A stretch of 62,944 nt of DNA, filler included, from Lenisia limosa (lineage: Eukaryota; Protista; Breviatea): NCBI GenBank assembly GCA_001655205.1. It is 11 parts of 11 records of this genome, joined end to end, with 100 filler letters (N's around TTAATTAATTAA, not from the genome) between each part and the next. Parts side by side here need not be neighbours in the genome. Positions count along the whole stretch, not along the records: positions 42,887 to 47,850 come from LPNZ01000294.1; positions 47,951 to 56,676 come from LPNZ01010366.1; positions 56,777 to 59,428 come from LPNZ01003479.1; 8 more parts are not named here. One strand, given 5' to 3'. The notes under the pieces were generated by a model, which saw nothing but the letters and a program-made list of their open reading frames with translations, was not told where the DNA came from and made no database searches. The translations under genes were made by a program, and so were the position numbers. Shown here piece after piece: positions 47,713-59,528 of the stretch (position 1 is the stretch's first letter; the number at the start of each line of letters is the position of its first letter).

Positions 47713-50700
47713 CTGAGGGGGGAGGGAGTAAAATTGAGAAATTCATGCCCAAATCAACCCTATTGTTAAAATTAGATGAAACGAAACAAAAGCCCAGAAT
47801 CAACTCTGTTGGCTAACAACAAACCTCAAGCCAGGGGGGGGGGGGGAATGNNNNNNNNNNNNNNNNNNNNNNNNNNNNNNNNNNNNNNNNNNNNTTAATT
47901 AATTAANNNNNNNNNNNNNNNNNNNNNNNNNNNNNNNNNNNNNNNNNNNNATGAATAGCCCTATTCTGGCCAGCCTGTCAACTAGTCTCGATGCTGCCTT
48001 CCCGCCCCCCCAGGTACTTGGCGAAATATGGCTAACCGGAATAGTCATAAATGATAGCGATATTTTCTCTCCATTTCTTCTTCTTCCTTCTCTCTCTCCC
48101 CTGGTCTCATTTCTTCCTTTCATGCTCCAGAGTGACGAAGTAATTGTACCGCAATCGCAGAGGTATGAGGCGTCTTGGGTGTTCTTTAGGACTTCACTTC
48201 GGTTCAAAAAGACTGATAAAATGTCAAGGATTTATCGAGGATTTATCGAGAAGGTCCGTCTTTTTTCGAACCGAAGTGAAGTCATAGTGTTCTTGGATTG
48301 TTTTTCTTGATTATTAAAGGGGGTGGGGGGGGGGGNNNNNNNNNNNNNNNNNNNNNNNNNNNNNNNNNNNNNNNNNNNNNNNNNNNNNNNNNNNNNNNNN
48401 NNNNNNNNNNNNNNNNNNNNNNNNNNNNNNNNNNNNNNNNNNNNNNNNNNNNNACCCCCCCCTTTTTTTTTTTCTTCCTCGCAAAAGCGAGACTGGCCTG
48501 TCTGGGCTTTTTGTGTTGTTTTTCAACCCTTGCACATACATACATATGCTTCTCAAATGCGTAGCCAACAGAGTTGATTCTGGGTTATTCTTTTGTGTTG
48601 AATTAATCTCCATTGTTAAAGGGAAGTGTGTACCAGTACCAACAATTGGAACTCTGTACACTCGCCTCGGCTCGGAGTAGTATTGAGAAGAGACGAGTGT
48701 ACAGAGTGAGGGGTGAGGAGTGAGGGATAAAGGCGTAAGTATAAGAGGGGGGGGGGGNNNNNNNNNNNNNNNNNNNNNNNNNNNNNNNNNNNNNNNNNNN
48801 NNNNNNNNNNNNNNNNNNNNNNNNNNNNNNNNNNNNNNNNNNNNNNNNNNNNNNNNNNNNNNNNNNNNNNNNNNNNNNNNNNNNNNNNNNNNNNNNNNNN
48901 NNNNNNNNNNNNNNNNNNNNNNNNNNNNNNNNNNNNNNNNNNNNNNNNNNNNNNNNNNNNNCCCTTCGTTCATGGGCGGCCCTCCTCGCGACTAGGCGCT
49001 TTCGGTCATATGGTAGTGGAATCTTGTACATTGTAATTTCTCTAGTTCTTTTTGTAGGTTTTTTTTGTGTTTCTGTGTGACCCTGTATATTAATATTTGC
49101 TGATGACAAAGGGGGTTGTGTTTTGGACTATCACTGCTAAAACGGGTGCTTCTATTTCCTAAATTCATAAATTTCCTTCATATTTTACCCCNNNNNNNNN
49201 NNNNNNNNNNNNNNNNNNNNNNNNNNNNNNNNNNNNNNNNNNNNNNNNNNNNNNNNNNNNNNNNNNNNNNNNNNNNNNNNNNNNNNNNNNNNNNNNNNNN
49301 NNNNNNNNNNNNNNNNNNNNNNNNNNNNNNNNNNNNNNTTTCATGATATGTCCTCAAAATGCGAGCTTAATTTGCCACATTTTAGCCATCTATCCATACT
49401 CTGTGCCTAAAAAAACAAGAGGGCTGGCTGGCCCAGTCGTAATACAAACAAATCAAAACAAAACTCTTGTGCCCAGGAGAAAAAATGTATTCAACAAAAC
49501 AAAGAAGGATGAAAAAATGCACGTTACTTTGAATATTAATGGAAACTATCTCAATGTAGGCAGTAAAAAACAACGACAAATAAGTTTATAAAAAGACAAA
49601 GACGATAGAAACAAAAAGGAGGCTTAAGTGACTAACAGAAGGCTCTAACCCTCGACCCACGTTCTGCAATCCATTTCAGTTCTATATTTGGTAAGTGTGA
49701 CCTTCATGAGCAAAGGTTCAACAATCCTCATTTTAGAGCACCTTTCGAGAATATAGTTGATCTTAACTTATTAATTAATATTACATAAGCTTGTATCTTA
49801 TCTCCCCCCCCCCCCTAATTCTCATCAGCAAATCCCCAAATAATACCACAACNNNNNNNNNNNNNNNNNNNNNNNNNNNNNNNNNNNNNNNNTCTAAAGC
49901 CTTTGATAAGTTGTCACAATCTACAAGTACTAAATAATTGCAGTTTTTTTAGTAGTTTCCCCTCATAAAACGTGATACAGGTTCCTGTTGTCACCATTTC
50001 GGTTTCAACATTTCCAACTCCCTATTTCCAACTCCCTGTGGCCAAGGTTGTCATTTCAACCCCCAGCGACCATGACAACACAAGAGGGATTTATTGTTGC
50101 GCTTCACCTGCAGTCCGACAATTCCGCAAATACAGCCATTTTGAAATTCGACAAGCGTCCTGATTCAGCAACAAGTGAGCTATGCTTTTTGAGGAAAGGG
50201 GAGAGTGGGACTCCACAGCGCATCGATTTGAGTCGATGTTGTATTTGGGACTCCATACATTTCTTCGGATTGCCAGATAAAAATTACTTGATAGAACTAC
50301 AATATTTTCGTAACAATCTCAAGGTAATAGTGGGGAAAATTACTAGACTCTGTGCAGTGCAGTTCATTGTTATCAAGAAATTATTTGATAAATTTGAAAC
50401 TAAAGAATGTGAAGTAGATTTCTCGGGATCTCGATAAGTCGACCGGTTTTTCTTGGGGAAATCAAATCGGCGACTGTAATTGCAAAAAAAACTTATTTTT
50501 GTTTGGTAGCAGCTGCAGATGTATGCAAAGAAAAGCAATCCATACAAACTGGAGCTCAAACTCTTATCCAGCCACAGGCATTATTGACGCCGCTTTCACC
50601 CAGGCGGCCAAATGTAATGCCAGCCTCTTTGAATACCCCTTGTGTTTTCAGGAGCCGAATTCGAACAGAACATATCAATTTGGTTAGAGGGGATTTGGGT

Positions 50701-53700
50701 AGCAAGGATGTTGGGAGTATGGCAAGGATGTTGGGAGATGATGGAGAGAATGTGATGTTCCAACAACTTCTTTGATAACTATAAGTAACTCCTAATTGTT
50801 GGCCCATAATAAGTCATTATCTCGTCCGCAAAATGATGTGAACGGCTTCGGCCATACTTTCATTTTAGGTCTACAGTAGTTTTACCTACTCATGCTCAAA
50901 ATCTCTTTATAATGAAATTAACATTAATTTGAACTTTGAAGACATGAGAATGATGACAATCCCATTTCAAATTTAATTTCAAAATTTTACAAAAATTTCT
51001 TGACTAAATAATGTGAAAAGTGTCTATTTTTCATCTTTGCCCACTAAATAACCTCAGATGGGAAGATTGACAATGAAACGCTCAATTCCATTTACTTGCT
51101 TTGCGCAGTAAGTTTGGTCAACAGTAAACAAAGGTTCCTGGGTAGCACTGAGGTACCCTAGTAGGACTAAGGTTCATGGTAGTACCCGTAGGGGGGTAGT
51201 GCACAATACATCCTTATTTGTTCATGTAACCTTAAAACCAACTGAGCTCTGCCAATGGAGTCTTACCCCCGCCCCTGCCCCTTCATACTTTAGAACTCCA
51301 GAATGGATTTGGTTTTTGATGAACCCAACAGTACCATTGTGCCAAACGTGTTACCCAAAAACGAAAACGTTTGTGGGTATTTACTCCAAATGGAATGGGG
51401 CTCATTAAATGCATATTACTCCTTTTCGAGAAAGACCATGAAAATATCGATATTGATCAACGATTTATCCTGTAAAGCAATCATTTTTCACAATCAGTTT
51501 GTAATTTTAATTTTCCAATAACTTCTGTTGATTGAAAATTGAAATTTATAATTTCACACCCGCTGAAAATGAGAATGGAATTACTTATCATTTCAATTTT
51601 GTTTGCTGTTTTTGCAATAAACAAACGGTTGGTCATGTTTAATTAAGCTTTTAATAACAATCGATAAATTCAGTATTACGAAATTTGACAAAACAGGAAA
51701 TCCTCAATGACCTTATACTGACTATTGACGGAAGCGTTGATAGCCTGAAGAAGGAAGAGCGGTGGTATGTTCTAAATGTATGCTGGGGTATGTGTTAATG
51801 TATGCTGGGTAGGAGGGGCGGTGACGGCTCCAAAAAAGACAATAATATATAGAGAAACAACCATATTCCACTTCAAATTTCAATAGTATTTTCATTCATA
51901 TGATGTAATAAACAATTCTCCTTCTGTCCACTCATTCTCTTTTTCAGAATTTGATGAAACACCTGCAGGCAACACTCCATCATGGTCTTGTGGGAATTGC
52001 TACCGGTAGAGTATTACCATATTCTTTCCCAAAGAGTTACAGCATCAAAGCTTTTATTCAAATTCTTAATAATCCAAATTCAAATCCTTGTTTTTGTTCA
52101 AAATCATCATTGACCCGTCTTTAGATACGCCATGTGTTGGAACCGATCCCCTCCAAACAAGTAGGTCACAGTACATTAAGAAGAGCCTGGGTATATTTTG
52201 TTTATGTATTCTCCCTTGACCAATATAGTCTCCCTGTCTATATTTCTTTGCATGATATTTCATTATAGTTTAGGTCGAAAATCATCAAGACGCCGAAGAA
52301 TGATAGCACGGCTGAAACCCTTAAAACGGCGCACTTATGAAGCTACGTTCACTCAGGAGGTAAAAAGGTGGTGTTTTTGGGCATTAAGCCAACTTGATAC
52401 ACTACCCCATGTGTATGGGATTGATATGGCTATACCCATGCTACAAGTTGGGTTGGTGATATTAATTCACTTTAGAGAGGGGAAAAGCGAATGAATTAGG
52501 AGGGGAGTTGGGGGGAATGCGTCGTAAACTGGGGGTACTATTTTACCCGCCTTGATTGAAACTGGTGTATTGAATAGATATGAAATTGGAGAGGGAATTT
52601 TCGTCAAATCTTCATTATAACTTTAGTGTAACATTCCCAATGGATGTGTCGTACCACTTAGCACCACTCTTGACAAGGTCGGTGAGATTTCGGAAGAAGG
52701 AGATTTGGGGGTACCATTATGGACTTATTACAATTCAACCTGACCGTTTTTGTTATTGTTTGATATTTTCAGTCAGTGCGTTTGAAGAATTCAGGATGCA
52801 GACAGTGGCCTAAAGGAACTGTTCTGGTACAAATTGACAGGGAAAGTTGGCTGGTAAAATGAAACGTTTCAATTAATCCCCGGCAATTATGATCGGATAC
52901 TTTTTGGGGGACCTGAGTATTTATAACTAGGGCTTTTATTTGGTTCGAAATAGACCGGCAAAATATCGAAAGTTTTCGAGGATTTATCTATTAATTCAGT
53001 CTTTTTTGAACCGAAGTGAATCCCTTCACCCCACTGGATTCATCCCAGAATTCTAACCGACCAGCTTTTAAAATTGAAAGTTCTGTTCCTCTCGCAAAGC
53101 CTGGAGAAGAAGTGGTATGAGTGGGGCTTTTCCTGTAGACTGTGTGTACCAACAGCAATAAGTTTATACGGATATTGAGATTTATCATTCGTGTCAGGCA
53201 GGAATGGGTCAAACAGCAGCGGGTGATGATTTTTTAAAATGGACGCAGGCGCAGCGCTCCGCAAAATTTAGTTGGAAATAATGAAAATAATATTTGATAT
53301 GAAAACTAAAAATACTGGATTCCCAAATTTTGCCGCGCGGCCGCGTAATTTTGAAATCGGCGCTCTGCTGCTTTGACCCATCAGGACCTATCAAGGTCAT
53401 TGTATGTATTATAGAGAGCCATAGTTGTAACTCTTTAGACAGTTACCCTCAGATTCAGTACGCCCGCAAAGCCAGGGAAACTGAAAGCCACATTCTCGCT
53501 CTTTAACAGCAAGGTGGGTTGAAAAGGCGTTTAAGGGAATAAAACAAAACATGATACTTCCTCTGGTTTACTACAATACATTAGGAGAAATACATTAGGA
53601 GAAACAGTGACTAAGTTCTAACATAGAATCGGATTTTTGTTTTGAAATATCTGTCATAATTACTCAGTCAATAAAACTTACCAATTTCACTCCTTCATTG

Positions 53701-54657
53701 CTGAAAGTCCTTTCCCATAAACAAACCTCTATTGACCAAATTTTTGGCCGAAACTCCGACTTGAGATCCAAAATCCAACTTAGGATTCTGGCCTGGTCCT
53801 ACCCCTATCAAATCAATTATATCCCTATCTTACGTATTTAGAACAAGTCTTCTTTTGGCCAAACATTTTCATTGGAGGTGGGTGAATTCACCCAAAAATA
53901 ATGCGAAGAAACATCTCTCCCACACAGCATATAATTTTAATGATCATATTGTGGGTTTTGTGATTTTGGGTGTTGGGTCCACTGTACTACTGTTGCAATT
54001 TCGAATGGAATGGTTGATATATTCACATAGTGTTTTCACTTATGTATCTTTTTTACCAATTAAACGTGTCACATTTACTGCACTAATTAGAAAGGTGAAC
54101 TGCATGGACACGGTAGTGGATCACAAAGAAAAGGTACGATGTTTTAAAAGCAAGACAATTCAGTAAATATTGCATATCCTGACCTTTACTGTTCATAAAT
54201 ATGATGTTATATGTTTAACTTCAGATGCTAAACTTTTCCTTTAGATCACAAAGCGAATACCAACAACACCCCTTCGTCAACATTTACCTTTGACACCTCT
54301 GTATTCCCCTGTCCGCAGAGAAAGTTCAACTTTATACAGTAAGCTGTTGAGGTTAGAGTACATTTTCTTCTACGTCCTTGTAGACTTGTTTTTGTAGAAA
54401 TGGAAGGAAATACACTATATATCATATCACATCCAAGATAAGAAACTTTAATTAAAACGTCGCCCCCCCTCCTCCCCGGAATTTCTTATCGCTTCAGGTT
54501 CGGAGGATCAAATATGCTATTTAACAATGGGCGAATCATCCCCTAATGCGGAAGACTAACGTGATTTTTGGGTATTATTTAAATATTTTCATGGGGTTTC
54601 ATCAAAGCTGGGCAATGGGTTTGAACCAAGGTCGTCGCATTAGAAATCCTCAACTCG

Positions 54658-56663
54658 CTAGTGGACACTCTGGACCCCCTCCAAATCTCCCCTTGAGTTC
54701 CCTTCGGCGCTCCAGGGGCTCCGCTTGTTCGGAGCCTCTGGAGGGTACAAGGTGGCTAGCGGACTCGATTCAGAGACCTTTTCAAGTAAACAAAGGTTAA
54801 TAGTTGATAGGAGAGGATGTGTGGAGGAAAATAGATGGCATGACAAAATTATGAAAATAATAATAGTAGTGTATGTGGTATCGTGTAGTCACCATCAACA
54901 TAGTGTACACTTCATAATACAGCAAAAACAACCAAGAAAAAACTAGCAATCTGTCAAAACAATCAAAATACGACCTTCTAACCCCGGGCTATTTCTTTGC
55001 ACAACTTGAACAGTTCCCGATACTTCGCTTTGGCCTCGGGCGAAAAGTCTGTCAGCCGCGACCGTAAGCTGTTGAGCTGTGTAACTAGGGCCTGGGGGGG
55101 GGGNNNNNNNNNNNNNNNNNNNNNNNNNNNNNNNNNNNNNNNNNNNNNNNNNNNNNNNNNNNNNNNNNNNNNNNNNNNNNNNNNNNNNNNNNNNNNNNNN
55201 NNNNNNNNNNNNNNNNNNNNNNNNNNNNNNNNNNNNNNNNNNNNNNNNNNNNNNNNNNNNNNNNNNNNNNNNNNNNNNNNNNNNNNNNNNNNNNNNNNNN
55301 NNNNNNNNNNNNNNNNNNNNNNNNNNNNNNNNNNNNNNNNNNNNNNNNNNNNNNNNNNNNNNNGGAGGGCATTGAGAGCAGATATAAGTTGATCCGACTG
55401 AACAGTAATTCGAATTTCAACATAAAGGACAGCAATAAGAATAGCCCCCACCCTCACCTGAACCTGAAGGACTGCATGCTGCAACTCATTCGTTAACTGA
55501 ACCACCAGCTTGTCTGAAAGGATAACAAAAAAAAAAACATATGTTTCATCGAAACCACCCCTCTCCCTCCAGTTGGGTCTCACTAAAGAAAAGAATTCCT
55601 CGATAAATCATGATAAATATCGATATTTAACCGGTCTTTACGGACAGTAAGGAAGCCCCAATCTTCAGAGATCCAATGTTAAAAAGCAAACAATGCACAG
55701 GGGTACAAGGTCATACCCGGGTTATCGCCACTTTTCGGGGAAATCTGAGGGGCGGTCCGGGCAGGGCTTTTCGGGGCATTTTGACTGTGGCTTTGTGGGG
55801 GGGACAAGGGAGCGGTTTTGATGGGGGATGGATCTATGGAAAAATCAGTTTCCAGCTTTTTCGGAGTATCCGTTTGAACCGGATGTTTCAAAGTTTCAGC
55901 TGGTTTTGTTTCGCTGGAGGGATGCGAAGACAAAGGAATACTGGGGGGTTTTGTCACTGTCGTGCATTGTGCTAGATGGCTTGAGGGAGGGGAAATAACT
56001 GAAAAGGGTTTCTGCATTTCTAAAGGTACAGGGAGGGATTGGGCTGGAATGGATGATGCAGCGAGGCCTTCTTTTTTGAGCATAGTTACCTGGGAAATTG
56101 GAGGGACGGTTGGGAGAAGAGAGGGAAATGAAGGGGGAGGGGCAATTNNNNNNNNNNNNNNNNNNNNNNNNNNNNNNNNNNNNNNNNNNNNNNNNNNNNN
56201 NNNNNNNNNNNNNNNNNNNNNNNNNNNNNNNNNNNNNNNNNNNNNNNNNNNNNNNNNNNNNNNNNNNNNNNNNNNNNNNNNNNNNNNNNNNNNNNNNNNN
56301 NNNNNNNNNNNNNNNNNNNNNNNNNNNNNNNNNNNNNNNNNNNNNNNNNNNNNNNNNNNNNNNNNNNNNNNNNNNNNNNNNNNNNNNNNNNNNNNNNNNN
56401 NNNNNNNNNNNNGACAAGCTGAACTCCGAGGTACCCGGGGGGCCCATTTTCACGACTAGCGTCTGGAACATTCGCTTGGCGATGTTCGGACTTGGCACTG
56501 GCGCAAGTGGCGTGGTTTTGGCGTCAATTTTCACAGCAGTCGGAGTGTCCACTTTCCTTATCGGGAAGTCGGGTTCCGCTTTTGGAAGGGCACGGGCTTC
56601 GGCCGGCTTTTGGCGTGAAGATAAGTTTTCTTGGGGTTTCGTGGGTTGTTTTTGGGGGAACAT
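54658..56663 (-). CDS. Proline-rich protein with a C-terminal helical region (partial, gapped)
   Basis: P/S/K-rich exons followed by DKLVVQLTNELQHAVLQVQ, SDQLISALNAL and ALVTQLNSLRSRLTDFSPEAKAKYRELFKLCKEIAR. Confidence 0.55.
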
Positions 56664-58264
56664 TTGGCTTGATGTGNNNNNNNNNNNNNNNNNNNNNNNN
56701 NNNNNNNNNNNNNNNNNNNNTTAATTAATTAANNNNNNNNNNNNNNNNNNNNNNNNNNNNNNNNNNNNNNNNNNNNTTAGGCGTCGTCATATACTATATA
56801 TAATTATATATATTGGAAAAATAACAAACATACATTTGGCTTTGACATGCCCCCATGGGGAATGGACATATACATTATATCATATTTTGAAATTATGCAC
56901 TGATATACCATACATACCCAATACAGCGTATAGTATATCAGACATACACACATATAATTATATATAGTATATTTCTAATACGTAATATATAATACATATA
57001 ATTATACATATATTTATATATTCCTGATATTATATGTAATCCTTATGCTGACCGGGATAAGTTTTGACCGGTTTTCTTTGGGAATAACAAATCGGTCAAG
57101 ACTTCTGTATAATTCTGATAATCCTTTCGTATCATCCTTATATACCCCCTGCACGTGTACCTCTGACCAGACAGGCCGCAGAGCCTGACCATCACCAACT
57201 TCGCCACAAGGGCTGTTCTANNNNNNNNNNNNNNNNNNNNNNNNNNNNNNNNNNNNNNNNNNNNNNNNNNNNNNNNNNNNNNNNNNNNNNNNNNNNNNNN
57301 NNNNNNNNNNNNNNNNNNNNTTTCGGGTATGTAAGGGGTCCCTCTCAACGCTCAACCTAAAATTAAGGCTTCATTTCCCGATAAACCCTCGATAAATATC
57401 GAAATTTTTACGGTCTTTTTCGGACCGTTGGGAAGTCCTACTTATAATACAGATCAGTAAATGGAGGCTTTCACAATCCCTATCATCCCTATATCCTCTG
57501 TGGTGCTTCAGAAGCGACTGACTTGGGCTTTGTTTTTTTTTTTGTTGTTACTCGTGTATTGTCAGACAACAGAGTTGATTTTAGGCTCTTTTTGTTCATA
57601 ATTTTCCCAATTTTACTCCCCCCCCCCCNNNNNNNNNNNNNNNNNNNNNNNNNNNNNNNNNNNNNNNNNNNNNNNNNNNNNNNNNNNNNNNNNNNNNNNN
57701 NNNNNNNNNNNNNNNNNNNNNNNNNNNNNNNNNNNNNNNNNNNNNNNNNNNNNNNNNNNNNNNNNNNNNNNNNNNNNNNNNNNNNNNNNNNNNGAAGGAA
57801 ATTTCGATGAAGAATATTGGCGTAAAGGTACTCATCACTAACCGAATAATCTGAAACTCCAAACAAAAAAAACAAGCAATAACAAACACGCAACCAACGC
57901 TAGAACTTGAGAAAAGCCAGATGACAAAAACAGAGGGGAGGGGGGACATAGCCCCAAGTGAAATGGTTAGATGATGGACTTGTGAGTCGAAATGATGAAC
58001 CAAGATAACACGAAGGTTCACCCTGAGTATATTAAACGTATAGTATGATCTTTTGGAGTAAAGAGATTAATGTGGGATTTATGAAACCATATTGAATCAT
58101 ACGAGTGGATATGAGGTATCATACCACTGCGTGGAAAATGATAACACACGTGTATGATACCACTCGGCATGGCGGATGGCGATGATGGGAGGGGATTATT
58201 GGAGTTACAATCATTTCTAGTTCAATTCTATGTCCCTGTGTCGATCCATTATGTATTACAATTA

Positions 58265-58360
58265 GGGCTTCACTTCGGTTCGAAAACAGACTAATTTCCT
58301 CGATAAATCCTCGAAAACTATCGATATTTTGCTGGTCTTTTTCGAACCGAAGTGAAGTCC
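58265..58360. mobile_element. Family A MITE, subtype 1
   Basis: TA-GGGCTTCACTTCGGTTCGAAAACAGAC...GTCTTTTTCGAACCGAAGTGAAGTCC. Confidence 0.82.
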
Positions 58361-58444
58361 TTATTTGATTGCGATTAGTTTGTTCTAAGTTCGCCTCTGA
58401 TCGCATATTTTTCTGTTCCTACACCATACCCATTGACCCTACAG

Positions 58445-59374
58445 ACCTCTCAAGGAGCGATGCTGGTACATATTCAGGATTCCTCCGGACTGGGTCACGT
58501 GCTCTTCAACAAAGCTGAGGATAGCTTGTGGGGGATTTAATCTAATAGAAAGATAAGAACAGAATTTATCCTGAATTTATTTCTGAAATATAATGGATTT
58601 GAAGTATAGGGGGGGGGGGGCACCGAACATNNNNNNNNNNNNNNNNNNNNNNNNNNNNNNNNNNNNNNNNNNNNNNNNNNNNNNNNNNNNNNNNNNNTCA
58701 CTTTTCTCTCACCTCTTAGGCCGATTCATGACGTTGCGTGGTCCCTGTCTGAGCCTTTTACCATGATTACATCAGGGTTGGTTGATGCACTTTGCCACAA
58801 ACAAGTGATACAAGAATTTTGCATGTATTATGTGATCATATACAATGTAATGATATTGTAGCAATTAAAAAATGCCATAAATTAATATATGAAGGTTCTT
58901 GTTCATTGCTTGCTTCTTGTTCATTGCTTGCTTCTTGTTCATTGCTTGCTTCTTGTTCATTGCTTGCAGGGATTCAGGGAGTGCGTTTGTGTGGGATATT
59001 CGGTCGACCAACAACTACACCTCGGTGATGAGGTTTGCAGGGTAGTGGGCAAAGTAGACTCAAGCTAGATATATGATGTACATTATAATATATTATCGAT
59101 ATAGTATGTATGCTACTTATTATTTATACAGCTATATATAATATGTAGTAGTTTATATCAAATCAAATGTAATACTGCATATCGATATGCAATATTTTTT
59201 TTTTTTGAAGATATAATACTAGTAGTATATCATATGATATGATGTATATATTTTATCAACATAACCGCTCATAGGACGTACTGTCGCGGAAGGAGTTTAG
59301 TCTCATGGAGTAAGAAGAACCCGCGAGTTGTGGCCTTCGGTCACGGCAATCAACTCACCACTTGGGATATGAGG
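58445..59374 (+). CDS. WDR59: WD40 protein, WDR59/Sea3 (GATOR2)-like N-terminal repeats (partial; further exons likely upstream to ~57165)
   Basis: PIHDVAWSLSEPFTMITSG-DSGSAFVWDIRSTNNYTSVM-RTYCRGRSLVSWSKKNPRVVAFGHGNQLTTWDMR parallels WDR59 VISDLDW..EPDLLVTSSVD..IYIWDI...VKWNKKN..LATSHDG.VRIWD.R. Confidence 0.65.
58893..58946. repeat. 18-nt tandem repeat (TTCTTGTTCATTGCTTGC) x3 just before an acceptor
   Basis: Seen directly. Confidence 0.9.
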
Positions 59375-59528
59375 GTGTGGCAGGGAGTATTTTGCAACAT
59401 CTTCTGGTCACGATATTTGCAGAAGAAANNNNNNNNNNNNNNNNNNNNNNNNNNNNNNNNNNNNNNNNNNNNTTAATTAATTAANNNNNNNNNNNNNNNN
59501 NNNNNNNNNNNNNNNNNNNNNNNNNNNN

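Noticed and set aside
49880-54500. Decayed retroelement or viral insert
   Set aside because: Frames are short and stop-riddled, with no RT, integrase, capsid or polymerase motif recognised.
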